Assembly: GCA_965198115.1 (NCBI GenBank)
Contig: OZ240241.1
Span: 4,800,001 to 4,864,000 of the forward strand
Reading direction: 5' to 3'
From: Candidatus Latescibacterota bacterium
GTDB lineage: Bacteria > Latescibacterota > UBA2968
DNA length: 64,000 bases
A program made the translations under genes and the position numbers. Positions 31,700 to 43,290 of this stretch are shown piece after piece. Every line of letters starts with the position of its first letter. Position 1 is the first letter of the stretch. Below the pieces are notes generated by a model. It did not search any database and had not been told where the DNA came from. It saw only the letters and a program-made list of their open reading frames with translations.

Positions 31700-33694
31700 A
31701 TGGCTGCTGATCGATTTCGTTTGATAGGTCGGGGGATGTACACGATCCCCGAGGCATCTCGCCTGACCGTATCTCTCTGGCGAGAATATCGCGGTGGAGC
31801 AAAGGGTACTTCTACACATACAAGAGGGAGAGAATACGAATGGATCCTATTCTCGCTCTGGACTATGAATCTGAAGATGGAGAGTGGACCCTAAGGGTTC
31901 GCGAATAAATAAACGGTCGATCTCAATGTTGAGCCATTGGCCGGATCGTGTAGTTCCAGTCGCCGTGGAAATCGTGCGGAGTGAGATCGATTTGGGTCAT
32001 CTGTTCATCGGTCACCTTGACCCCGTTAGGGTAGGGTCGCTTGTCGATCTCGGAGCGTACTCGGAGACCGGCTTGAGTGGTCGTTCCGGCAATGAGATTC
32101 ACGGTTGCAGCCAGGCTGACCAGGGGCTTGCCTCGCCAGTTCATAGCGATGAAGGAGAACAGGCGATGTTCGATCTTGTTCCACTTACTAGTGCCAGGAG
32201 GGTAGTGGCATACGGTGATCGTCAGGCCAGTGCGATTCGCAAAGCGCTGCAGCTCCCACTTCCACAGCCGCGTCTTGGCGCCGTTGCTGCCGCCTGCGTC
32301 CGCCGTGATTAGCAGATGCGTCGAAGTGCCGTAGGCGGGCCGTCCCATGTTCTTCCACCAACTTCGGATCGCATTCACGGCGAAGCTGGCCGTGTCGTGA
32401 TCGATACCGACACTTACCCAGCCTTCATCACGGCTCAGATCATACACTCCATAAGGGATCGCCTTGCCCTGAGCAGGCACTATGAAATCGTGTACCTTCA
32501 CACGCTCCGGGTCTCCCTTGGGTCGCCATTCTCGGCCAGGATTCTTGAAGTCGCCGATCAACTCTTTCTTCTTGGTGTCCACCGAGATAACGGGAAGGCC
32601 CTGCTGCTGCTGCTGGCTAATCCGATCATCGAGGTAAACGAACTGAGCGTCCCGATCCGGGTGTGCAGATCCCTCCCTTGTCTTCCGATTCGCCTGCAGC
32701 GTGTAATCGTGTTCGTGCAGGAGATTGGCAACGATCCTGGGGCTCACCGAATGCCCCATCGCTTGCAACTCGGCGGCCAGTTTGCGAGTGCTCTTCGATG
32801 TCCATCTCAGAGGATTGTCGTCAGGCGACCCCGCAGTCGTTGGCTCGACCAGATCATTCAGGTCCTGCCACAGCGTCGGGTCCGTGTCGGCCTTCCGCTT
32901 ACGACCGCCGCCTGGACGCCGGATGCGAGCCGGGTCCAAAGGTTCGTCCGACCTCAACTCCTGAATGCCACGAAAGATCCGCTCTCTGGACATTCCTGTC
33001 GCCAGAGCCACAATCGCGATCCCACCGTGACCCAACGCTTCGGCTTCCGTGGCGGCCCACAGACGACGCGTGCGTTCCGTCAGCACCGGAGCCAAGGCTT
33101 CATACTTCGTTCGGAGAGTTTCGACGTCCACACTCCGAGCGTAAGATCATTACCTTGAAAAGTGCAGCACTTATTTCGTGGCAAATCCTAAGCTTCGCTG
33201 ATCTCATCGAAGCTCGTTTCATAGATGCTTTCCGGTCCTACGATGTGAGCTTGCAGGCAATTCGGATAGCAGCGGAGAGGGCGCAGGAGATCATTCAATC
33301 GAGTCACCCTTTCTCCACCAAGAGCTTTCTCACCGACGGCAACACGATCATCGCTCAGATAGAGGACGATACTGACGATCCCAAGATGTTGGATTTAATC
33401 AGGAATCAATACGGGATTCGCAAGGTGATACGACCCTATCTCCACAAGGGCTTGGAGTACCAGGAAGATGAGCCCAATCGCTGGTGGCCGTTAGGCAAGA
33501 AACGGTCAGTGTTCATCGATCCAGCCCACTCGTTTGGTGCGCCAGTCGTGAGTCCGTGGGGAATCCGTACTTCTGTGATAAATGCGACCTACCAGGCAGA
33601 ACAGTCTGACATCGTCACAGCTCGTTGGTATGGGATCACGGAGACGGCTGTGGCCCGAGCCGTGGAGTACGAGGAACAACTGGCGGCTGTTTGA
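31700..33694 (+). pseudogene. HTH-DUF433 antitoxin (VapB45-like), interrupted by ISAzo13
   Basis: GRGMYTIPEASRLT HTH. Frame rejoins WTL|SFADLIEARFI. IDPAHSFGAPVV..GIRT and AVARAVEYE DUF433 motifs. Confidence 0.85.
31895..33188 (-). mobile_element. ISAzo13-family element (transposase 31923-33131, intact)
   Basis: HPDRDAQF, ISVDTKKKE, ADAGGSN, GTSKWNKIEHRLF, FHGDWNY. TAA duplicated at both ends. Confidence 0.95.
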
Positions 33695-35654
33695 GATTTT
33701 TCTTCGATCATGCTATCTCAAAAAAGGCTATATCCGGATCTCTCAACGAGATGAAGTGGGTGAAGGTGCCGTGGTTCCTGGCATGGGGGCGCGGTTAGAG
33801 TGTGCGGAACCTCTTCGGAATCTGCTCAGGGATGTTTATGTCTCCGACGGTAAGGAAGATCATATCGTTGAATGCGTCGAGTGTGCGGAATCCGCTGGCT
33901 CGGTTCTTGACGATTTGGACGATTCGGTTGAGGCCTTCGGCGATGGCGTTGGTAAGACGCGTGTTCACGAATGCGAGGACGCCGAAGAAGTGCTGTCGCA
34001 GGGTCCTGACGAACTTTCGCAGGGGTTCAAGTCGACTTCTGAGTGCGGACGTCGTCCAGCATTTCAGGAAGCGTTCGGCAGCCCAGGGCGCTTTGTATTC
34101 CCAGAACTGCTCGAACTCGTCCTTGAGTCTCCAGGCTCTATAGATTCGGTAGTTCGCCTTCTCCAGTGCTTTGAGTGTCCGAGTATCCCCTCTGGAGCGT
34201 GTCGCTGAGTGCCGGTAGAGGAGCCATCGGAGGCCCTTCATGGCTTTGCGCTCATCCGGGCAGCTTTACGCCACTGGTCCTTACGGACCTCGTCAACGGC
34301 GGCATTGAGAGCCTTGACGATGTGAAAGCGATCGAGGACCAGCTTGGCATTCGGACAGTGTTCCTGGATGGCTCCGATGTAAGCTTCGCTCATGTCGCAG
34401 CAGGCCCACTCGATCTTGGATCTCTGGTAGGGACTGAGAGCCTCTGTGAAGAACCGATCGATCGTTTTACGCGCCCTGCCGCGGCCAACCCACACCACGC
34501 AGGAGCGGTCCAGATCGTAAACGAGCGTGGCGTACCTGTGACGCTTGGCGTAGGAGATCTCGTCGATCCCGATGGTTTTGAGCCCTCGGATACGATGACC
34601 TTCACGAAGCCGCGTGATGGATCGGTGAAGGAGATCCGACAGCGTCGAGGCAGAGATGCGCAGTAACTCGGACGCCGCCTTCTGCGTCATGGTCTGGCAG
34701 TAGCGCAGCATGGCATACTCGAAGCGATACGTCACCCGAGAGAACCGCTCCGCCCACGGAATCTCCTCGACCACACGACCGTGGGTAGGACACCGAATCT
34801 CCCGAGGATGGTAGAGAAGCCAGACCCTCCACCCGCACACCGGAATGTCACGCCACCGACGCGGATGGGGCATTGTGCGGACGATTTTACCTCGACGGCC
34901 GCACTCCGGACAACAACAACCATTCTTATGTGGCTTTACGGCGATGACGAAACAGCTTCTCCCCTCAAACCACCAGCTGACAACACGGAACCCCTTGAAT
35001 CTCAGCAGTTTCGATAGTAATCTGCTCCCGGTCATAGGTCGCACCCCCTTCGCTTTGATTGTCCTACACACACAACCAAGCGTAGGGAACGATCTATGAC
35101 CTTGTCATTCTATAGTTTCACCGTTGAGAAACCCGGATAGAGCCTCAAAAAACATAGCACACGTGGTTCGGCTTGTTGAATCGACACGGCCGGACGCGGA
35201 CGTAATAGAACACTTACTCGATCGATACACATTCGATCCTGGCGATCCGGTTTGGCTTGGAGATCTATCTCAAGAGGGGGACTGGATAGTTGTTACTGCG
35301 GACCAGGGAAGGAAAGAGCAACGAGCGTGGCGCGAATCGGGCATAACGGTCTTCATGTTCCCCAAAAGATTCCCTAGCATAAACGTGTGGGCGCAGGCTC
35401 AGCGGGTTTTCTACCTATGGCCCGAGATTAAGCTTGAGGCGCGTTCCTGTGCTCCTGGTACAGGCTACTTGCTTCCCGCCCAGGGCAAGAAGATGACGGT
35501 GGTTTATTCCGTGAGGGGCGGCAGAATGGTTCCAAGAAACGGGCCCCCAGCCTTCGGTCGGGGGCTTCTTTCTTCCCGGAAGCAGGGTGCCATATTGTTG
35601 CCAAGAAATGACCGAAATCGGCGCTTTTCGTTCTTGACAGTCGGGTTCGCATGA
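33691..35654 (+). pseudogene. PIN-like toxin (VapC45-like), interrupted by ISL3 after about 11 codons
   Basis: TTG overlaps the antitoxin stop. Reconstituted MRFFFDHAISKNIA...DPVWL...WIVVTAD...E..AW..SG. Confidence 0.85.
33726..35144 (-). mobile_element. ISL3-family copy 1 (transposase frameshifted near 34258)
   Basis: IRs GGCTATATCCGG / CCGGATAGAGCC. 8-bp TSD TCAAAAAA at 33718-33725 and 35145-35152. CPECG, IGIDE, DRFH, TNAIAEGLN. Confidence 0.95.
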
Positions 35655-35676
35655 TGGGCGAACACTACTGCTACAC

Positions 35677-35850
35677 GGCGTTGGTGCATGGCTCTTGGCT
35701 TGACATCCTCGAAGGGCCCGGCGATCCTGTCTCCATTGTGGATGGATACTCGAGGGGGATTCGCTGATGGCAGCCCGTACGAAGTCCAAGGTATCCCCGA
35801 AGTACAAGACGAAGTACCGCGTGAAGAATTGGCTGGCGTACGATTATCCT
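35677..35850 (+). mobile_element. 5' remnant of IS5-family (IS903-group-like) element
   Basis: GGCGTTGGTGCAT end. ATG 35767 reads MAARTKSKVSPKYKTKYRVKNWLAYD. Confidence 0.6.
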
Positions 35851-36237
35851 GGTGGATGTGGCCAATACGCTCCGCGAGCGGGGCGGCCTGGACGAATCGG
35901 AGAGTTTCATTGACGCGATGTTCTCGTCGGCGAAGGGGGGTGGCGCGGAGGTCGGCCCGACGAAGCGCGGAAAAGGCGTGAAAATCATGGGGATCGTGGA
36001 CCGGGAGGGACTGCCGCTCTCGGTCAGCACTCACGCGGCGAACCATCATGAAGTCACGTTGGTGCAGTTGAGCTTCGAGTTCTACATGATTGAGGCGACG
36101 CCGGAGCACCTGATTGGCGACAAAGCGTACGACAGTGACCCCTTTGGACGCTGAACTGAAGGTCGAGGGTGTCGAGATGATCGCGCCGCATCGCAAGAAT
36201 CGGAAGCGGCGCAAGACACAGGACGGTCGGCCCTTAC
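35851..36237 (+). mobile_element. Internal fragment of another IS5-family transposase
   Basis: FIDA..SAKGGG..VGPTKRGKGVKI, LIGDKAYDSD, IAPHRKNR..TQDGRPL. Confidence 0.85.
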
Positions 36238-37264
36238 TGACCTGCCCCCCTGGATTGTTCCCAGTCCTAAAGTTAGGATATGGGACATAGAAAGGGGGCC
36301 ATATGGCCAGAAAGCGCTACACTGCAGAGCAGATCATCGGGCATCTCCGTCAAGCTGAGATCCGGACCTCTGAAGGAAAGACGATCGCCGAAGTCGTGCG
36401 TGAGCTTGGCATCAGCGAACAAACCTACTACCGGTGGCGCAAGGAATACGGTGGTATGGAGGTCAATCAGGCGCGTCGCCTCAAGGAGCTCGAGCAAGAG
36501 AACGGGCGTCTGAAACGTCTTGTGGCCGACCAGGCCCTGGATATCTCGATCCTCAAGGAGGTGTCCCGGGGAAACTTCTGAGCCCGACGCGGCGACGGGA
36601 GGCGGTTGTTCACGTGTGTGAAGTGCTGACCGTTTCCGAGCGTCGGGCGTGCCGTGTGCTGGGTCAGGTGCGCCGTACCCAGCGATACACGCCCAAGGTA
36701 GCCGATGATGCAGGAGTTCTGACTGCGAACGTCGTATCTCTGGCCACCGAGTATGGGCGGTATGGCTACCGCCGCATCACGGCCCTCCTCAGAACCGATG
36801 GCTGGCGTGTGAACCACAAGCGTGTGGAGCGTATCTGGCGGCAGGAAGGACTGAAAGTGCCGGCTCGCCAGCCCAAACGCGGACGTCTGTGGTTCAACGA
36901 CGGCTCCTGCATCCGATTACGACCTGAGCATCGCAACCACGTCTGGGCCTACGACTTCGTGTTCGACAGGACACGTGAAGGCAGGCCGTTGAAGTGCTTG
37001 ACGGTTGTGGATGAATACACCCGCGAGTGTCTGGCGATCGAGGTCGCTCGTAAGCAGACTTCACGGGATGTGCTGCGAACACTGGCGCAGCTGATGCTAA
37101 AGCATGGCGTCCCCAAACATATCCGGTCGGACAACGGCCCGGAGTTCGTGGCCAAGGCTGTCCGATCCTGGCTCTCCAGGCCAGGTTGGGCGTCCAGACA
37201 CTCTTCATCGAGCGGGGCAGCCCCTGGGAGAACGGATACATCGAAAGCTTCAACGGAAAGCTCA
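36238..37264 (+). mobile_element. IS3-family (IS407-group-like) element, 3'-truncated
   Basis: TGACCTGCCCC end. orfA 36303-36581, GGGAAAC frameshift, VWAYDF and RSDNGPEF. Breaks at ESFNGKL. Confidence 0.9.
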
Positions 37265-40200
37265 GTCGAGGATCAGGCCGTCAAAATGGTCGAAGCGTTT
37301 GAGGAGCCGCGGGAGATCCAGATCCCGCTTGGCGAGAAGGAGTTGCTGGACCAGGATATTGCAGGGCGTGAACAGGCCCCGGTGTCCTTCCAGGATCAGG
37401 TGCTGGCCGGTTGCCGAAGGCCAGTACGTTCTCGGAGCGATCGAGAAAGTCGCCCTGCAGGAGCGTGGCGACTAGGCCGTCCACCTTTGTGGGCAGCCGA
37501 GTCCGGTCGAACGTGTCCAGGTTCTTTTCCAGGGGGAGACGAGACTCCCGGAGCAGCCGCTGGATCCGATTGTGGGCGCGTGTCTCGCACTCCCGGTTGA
37601 TCAGTTCGAGCAGGTAGCCTTCGTAGGGCAGGGCTTCTTTCCTGGCGAGGTCAGCCTGCTCGCGGTAACACTCGCGGATCGTGGCCAACCCAAGCGTCTT
37701 GAGACCGTCGCGGAGTTGGGTCGCGTGAGTTCGTTTCATCCGGCGGTCTCCAGCAGACGGTCATAGCAGTCCAGCCGCACTTCAGCGACGTCCACGGCGG
37801 GCGTAGCGGATACCTGCGTCGAGCCCAACGACGCTCCGACGGCATCCGGGTGGATGGATGCGCCTCTGCGCAGGAAGACGTCCAGAGCCCGGTCAACCTT
37901 GTCCTCGCCTTCTCGCACAGCTAGTTCCAGAAGGCGGAGATACAACACGTGGGCGCGTCGACGCGGATGTTGCTCCTCGAGAAGGTCGCAGGCCCTCCGG
38001 AAGCGGCTGGTCGGATACAGGTCGGACCGATAGCGGTAGTTCTCGAACGCGCCCGGCTTGCGGATCAGCCAGTTCAGAACGTGCTGCGTACTGGATGAGG
38101 TGACGCTTCTTGCCGCGGAGACGGGGTAGTCGCTCTATGCGCCGCTGGGCGTAGTAGACGTCGATGTGCTCAGCGTAAAGCCTCACCTCGACGTGCTCAC
38201 CGACCAACCGACTGTGCACGGAGTAGGTCCGAGCGGCCACCCGGATCGTGCTGGACGATCCGACCGAGACCCGCAGCCGCTTGCAGATGTCGAGCTTCTG
38301 CTGCGGCAGTCGGCGGAGAACGGCAAGTTCTTCAGACAGGCGTGTCTTCCGTCCTGCGTTCAGCTGCTCCAGCACCCGGCGGAGAAAGGTCGCGTAGGCT
38401 TCTCGATTCTCGAAGTCGCGGTGCCCACGGAGCATCAGGGTCTGATCGACGGCGCCGCGGAAACGAAAGTGCCGCTGCTCCACGTCGCCGTTCTCGTGAG
38501 GACTTGCTGGTGTCTTCCGGCCCTCGAGACCGTAGTGACGGAGGAGTGCCCCGTATCGCTGCGTGAAGTCCTCAGGATGGACGATCTTCTGGATCGCCGC
38601 GGAAAGACAGTCGGTCTGGTGTGCACGGGGCACGCCACCGAGCTCCCACAACGCGTTCTGAAGACCTTCCGAGAGCGCCTAAGTGCATGGTTTCATAAAC
38701 ATTATTACGTATGTCCTGAACATTATTTGTAGCTTATGTTCTCCTTCAAAAGGAGGAGAACAATGCCAAGACGTTCGCCTTATGTGGTGCTACTGTCTGA
38801 GAAGGAACGGGTCGACCTCGAGCGAATGGCTGGACAATATACGTTACCGTATTATCAAGTGATCCGATCGAAAATCGTGCTTCTCGCCGCCGAGGGATTA
38901 TCCAACAAGATTATCGCCCAACGGTTGGATGTCCCGCGTCCGATCGTAAGCAAATGGCGTAAGCGCTTTTTCGAAGAGCGTCTTTCGGGACTCGAAGATA
39001 GATCTCGTCCCGGGCGCCCGCCCGGTTTTCCCCCCTCAGGTGGTCGTTCAGATCAAGGCGCTGGCGTGTGAACTACCGAGCGAGAGCGGGATACCGCTCT
39101 CGCGGTTCAGCTGTTCCGAGATTGCCGCCGAGGCAGTGCAAAGGGGCTTCGTTGCCAAGATCAGCGGCGCCACTGTCTGGCGCTGGTTGAACGAGGACGC
39201 GATTCGTCCTTGGTATCATCGCTCCTGGATTTTCCCACGGGACCCGGACTTCCAAACCAAAGCAGGTAGAGTCCTTGATCTGTATCACCGCCAATGGCAA
39301 GGAAAGCCTTTAGGGCCGAGGGAATATGTACTTTCTGCCGACGAAAAGACCAGTATTCAAGCACGAGCTCGCAAGCACGTTACCCTACCGCCAGCCTCGA
39401 ACAGAGCGGCACGCGTTGAAACACGAATACGAGCGGAAAGGAGCCCTGGCCTATCTGGCTGCTCTCGACGTGCACAATGGTCGAATCTTCGGTCTCTGTG
39501 AGTCTTCTTCGGGTATCGAGCCCTTCAACCGGCTCCTGAGCCTGATCATGAGCCGGAAACCCTATTGCTCGGCAAAGAAAGTCTACCTCATCGTGGATAA
39601 TGGCTCCTCGCACCGAGGGCAAACATGCATCGACCGTATCCAGGGGAAGTGGCCAAACATCCACCCCGTTCACCTTCCGATCCACGCAAGCTGGCTCAAT
39701 CAGATCGAGATCTACTTCTCGATCCTCAAACGCAAGGCTCTGACACCTATCGAATTTGCATCGCTCGAAGAGCTTGAGGCAAGAATCCTCGGTTTTCAGG
39801 AACGCTACGGACGTATCGCCACACCCTTCAAATGGAAGTTCACACGAACAGATCTCGCGGAGATGATCGACAAACTCAGGTTCTACGATACGCCCTTGGC
39901 AAAGTCTGCTTAGAATACGTCACCGTATTTGCGAACAGGAGTACTAAGCTCTCCGAAAAGCAGATCGTCGCGCTCTCCCAGTTCGAGTACGTCAGCACGA
40001 AATGGTAGACGAGATGCTCGAAGGGCTGGCCGCAGATCGTCACACCCAACGGGGAGAAGTCGGTGAAGTCGGACTGACTGAGATCGCCGGGCTTGTGCAC
40101 CTGCGGGAAGAACACTTCGCGAGGGGGTCCCTCCAGTCCACGCCAGGTCTTGACCCTGCGCTGCAGTGTCCGGAGCTGGCCGTCCTGGAAGCGGCCCGGA

Positions 40201-40570
40201 TAGGTCCGCTGGAGATGGATGAACAGCGTCTTGGCTTCCAGCCCGGGGTTCACTTCCAGATGTGCGCGAACCTCCGGCCAAACCTCGGTGAACGGGTCCG
40301 GACGGGTCCGCCAGGTGTGCTCGGCCTTCATGCTGCTGGGAAGACGACCCGACCTGCGATACTTGCGCGCTGTCTTCTCGTCCATCCCGGTCTTGGCGGC
40401 GGCGACAGCGAGTGTCTTTTCCTTCGGTATCAGCGACATTAATCTCCTCACCTGTGCATCCGTGACCATCTAACCTCCCATCACAACAAGGGGTTAGATA
40501 GCCTATGGCCATCCCCGCAAAACGGGAATTATGGTTGTCGTCAGGTGGGAGTTCTAATTGTCGCTAATCA
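37265..40570 (-). mobile_element. IS21-family element (istA 37736-40469, istB 37265-37739 truncated), disrupted by IS630
   Basis: TGATTAGCGACAATTAG end. WRTRPDPF, QSDFT, HENGDVE motifs. istB ENVLAFGN with damaged Walker A. Confidence 0.9.
38683..39944 (+). mobile_element. IS630-family element B, full-length copy nested in istA
   Basis: Flanked by TAA on both sides. HASWLNQIEIYF motif. ORFs 38736-39071, 39040-39501, 39326-39913. Confidence 0.93.
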
Positions 40571-40588
40571 AAGGAGCGCTGTACGAGC

Positions 40589-41002
40589 ATGACTTCCAAC
40601 GCGAACGATTTGAGCGCCCGATGGCGCGCCTGGGGGATCCCAGTGCGATGCGGGGCGGGCATGGTGGCCCTGCAAACCCTCCTCGCGCTCTACCGCTTTG
40701 GAGACAGCACGGCCCTGCTGCAGTTGGTGAATCCGCTGATGTGGATCGGGCTGGGTCTGTTCTTCGTCACGGGCTGGGTCATTGGCTGGGTGGTGGAACG
40801 CCTTCTCCGCGGCACGACCGGTCGGTTCCGCACGCTGCTGCTGGGCGCGACGTTCCTGGCCACCCCCGTGGCGGTCGCCGGGAGCCTCGTGGGGGGGCTA
40901 TTCGGCCCTCCGGGGGTCCTGCTCTATGGCCTGATCCCGTATCTCCTCCTGGTGGGGATTCCCAGACTGATTGGGGTCGTGTGGACCCGGCATGGCTCCT
41001 GA
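40589..41002 (+). CDS. Hypothetical integral membrane protein
   Basis: 137 aa with about four hydrophobic helices. Confidence 0.6.
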   Translation: MTSNANDLSARWRAWGIPVRCGAGMVALQTLLALYRFGDSTALLQLVNPLMWIGLGLFFVTGWVIGWVVERLLRGTTGRFRTLLLGATFLATPVAVAGSLVGGLFGPPGVLLYGLIPYLLLVGIPRLIGVVWTRHGS

Positions 41003-41059
41003 GCTTCCGGAAGCGGAGTACGAACAACTCGAGGCGGTGTAGGACCTCCCACTAGTTGG

Positions 41060-41515
41060 ACCGCCCCCCTGGAGTTCGGCCAGAGATATGCCCGCATTCC
41101 GCTCACGTCCTCGCCGCACATCGTCCATGGGGACGCTCTGGAAATCTGGTCCCAACTGCTGAGACCGGAAAACTGTGACTTCGTCTTCGGCAATCCACCC
41201 TTCGGGGGCGCGAAGTTCCAGAGCAAGACTCAGCGCGCGCAGGTGCGAAGGATCGCGGACCTTGGAGGGAGCGGGGGTACGCTCGACTACGTGACCGCGT
41301 GGTTCATCAAGGCGGGAGAGTACGCGTATGGGACCGAGGTCCGGATCGGATTCGTGGCCACCAATTCGATCACCCAGGGGGAGCAGGTGGCGCAGCTCTG
41401 GCCGATCCTGTTCAACCGCTGTGGGCTGGAGATCGCCTTCGCCCACCGGACGTTCGCATGAGGATCGGACGCACGTGGAAAGGCCCATGTGCACGTAGTC
41501 ATCATCGGGCTCGTT
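41060..41515 (+). pseudogene. Internal fragment of MmeI-like type IIL restriction-modification methyltransferase
   Basis: HIVHGDALE, FGNPPFGG, LDYVTAWF, GFVATNSITQGEQV, FAHRTFA*GSDARGKAHVHVVIIG (conserved Trp is TGA). Confidence 0.85.
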
Positions 41516-42337
41516 CTGCTTGAACTTCGGCATTGCGAACAGTTTCGACCGCCCCTGGGACTTTGTCTCGAAGTAGCGGTCGAACGACCGTATGTCGCTG
41601 GTCCTTCCCGAATCCACGCCGCGCCGGATCCACTGCACGAACATTCGGAACGGTTCGTCCGGTTCGGATCCGCCTAAATGCGTCCCGGTCGCCGCGGACC
41701 ACGATTCCTGCCACTCTTCAAGGCCATCCCGATGGACCGCGACCCCGTAGGTGCCTTTCGCGCCCTTGCGTACCTCCTCCCGCGCGGCCTTGGCCACCTT
41801 GCCCCACCTGACGGCATGTCCGTCCAGCGTCACGATGAGGTTCGGTGCCAGGCCCTCTTCCATGCCTGCCGCGAGCACGCCGCAGGTCCTCACCAGCGTT
41901 TCGCGGCTCAGTCGCGACTCCCCCGCCAGCACGAACACGAGTAATTGCTGCATTTCTCGGTCCGCGGGCCGATCTTCGCCCAATTCGATGATCGAATCCC
42001 GATGCGGAGACAGGTAGTTCCGTCTCAACGGAATCGGTTCCCCGGATGTCGGATGCGGCATCCGATCGGGCACCATATGTCGCCGTAACGCCTTCGCGGA
42101 TGAGATCTTGGCAAACGCGTCCTTGAGCGAGCCTCCGTCCAGCCGGCTCTTGATCTCGCACACGGCGATCACGCCTTCGCAAGGGTAGTACGTGGTCTGC
42201 GGCGTCCTGTTGACCGAGAACACCGGGCAGAGGTCCCGCTCGTAGAGAACCACGTCCTGCTGCCGGCTCGTCCCCCCGTAGCTGTCTATGACGAATCCCT
42301 CCCCGACTGCCACGCTCCTGGGCAGCACCTGCTGCAT
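41505..42337 (-). pseudogene. DUF6602-like PD-(D/E)XK nuclease-fold protein, 5'-truncated
   Basis: LP..VAVGEGFVIDSYGGTSRQQDVVLYE...PCEGVIAVCEIKSRL. ORF ends are fused to unrelated DNA. Confidence 0.75.
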
Positions 42338-42339
42338 TT

Positions 42340-42812
42340 CGTCATCCTTGCCGGAGAGTTCGGGGAGGGGGGAATCCCCGTTCCGGCGACCATCGACTGT
42401 CCTTTTGGGCGGGGGTGCAGAGCGACCAGAGATCAAGGATTGGAATCAAGTTGTCGCCGAGCTGTCTCCGACAGTCTACTGGCTCGGAGCAACAACAACG
42501 GCAGTTGACGAAATCATCTTCGTCGGTACTGGATTCGCAGTTTTGAACGACGTGATCGTTACCAACTTTCACGTTGCGCTTAGTGCTTCCCTCATCATGA
42601 TAGCCACGAAAGAGACTGGACTGGATCCAGCTTTCGTGGCTATTCGCTCGTCGGGCCGTGGTTCAATAGCCTCAGATGTCTTTTTTTTAAGAATCGATCC
42701 CTCAAGCGGGGACGCCGTGGGATTCTTTCATCCTAAGTATGACGGCACAACCACAGCACCCGACCTGGCTCTGATTCAACTCTATCTTGGAGTCGAAGAA
42801 AGCTCTATGTAA
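42340..42812 (+). pseudogene. Fragment of trypsin-like serine protease
   Basis: GTGFAV..IVTNFHV (His) and PDLALIQ (Asp) present, GxSGxP segment missing. Confidence 0.7.
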
Positions 42813-42863
42813 GTCCCTGTCGAACACTACACTTACGCCATTTTCGTCCAGCGTCCAATCGCT

Positions 42864-43155
42864 CGCGGATTGTATGTTGCGCAGGCTATTTCTCACGCGG
42901 ATTATACGCTGCGGCATAAAGCTCCCGTCAGATGCAGCACCCCGCGCCGATAAACCTTCCGTCAGATCACGTGCGGTTCCGGCCAAAGGGCGACGTGCGC
43001 TCCGGCGCAAGGGGCGCAGCCTGACGCGGATTTTATGCGTACGCATAGATTGCGCGTCTCTCTGAATGTTTTTTCGGGGATGACATGGAGGTACAAAAAA
43101 TATCCGTCAGATTTTCTCAACTGACGGAGCTTGCAAAAATATCCGTCAGATTTTT
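42864..43155. repeat. Cluster of CCGTCAGA and CGCGGATT repeats
   Basis: CCGTCAGA at 42925, 42959, 43104, 43143. AAAAATATCCGTCAGATTTT twice. Inverted CTGACGG at 43121. CGCGGATT three times. Confidence 0.7.
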
Positions 43156-43290
43156 CTCTCCGGCCCGGGGGAAGTGTTCATAGAGGTGGGCATCTAAAGG
43201 CTATCCAGGTCGAACAGGGCATTACTGGAGCCTTCAATTCACAAAAACCGGTAAAATTTCCCTTGTTCGTACCGGATCGTAGCTTAAAAG

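Noticed and set aside
32316-33694. Long + strand ORFs of 280 and 343 aa
   Set aside because: Antisense of the ISAzo13 transposase. Only the part after 33188 is real (antitoxin C-terminus).
36434-37600. 388-aa ORF as a novel fusion protein
   Set aside because: IS3 orfB running into antisense istB after truncation.
41459-41461. TGA read as Trp or Sec in the MmeI-like fragment
   Set aside because: TGA terminates many intact genes and the fragment is truncated at both ends, so this is a simple TGG>TGA nonsense change.
40898-42436. 512-aa ORF as a single real protein
   Set aside because: Chimera of a DUF6602-like core with antisense translations of the MmeI and protease fragments.
42864-43155. 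CRISPR array
   Set aside because: Repeats are short, irregularly spaced and partly inverted, and no cas genes are present.
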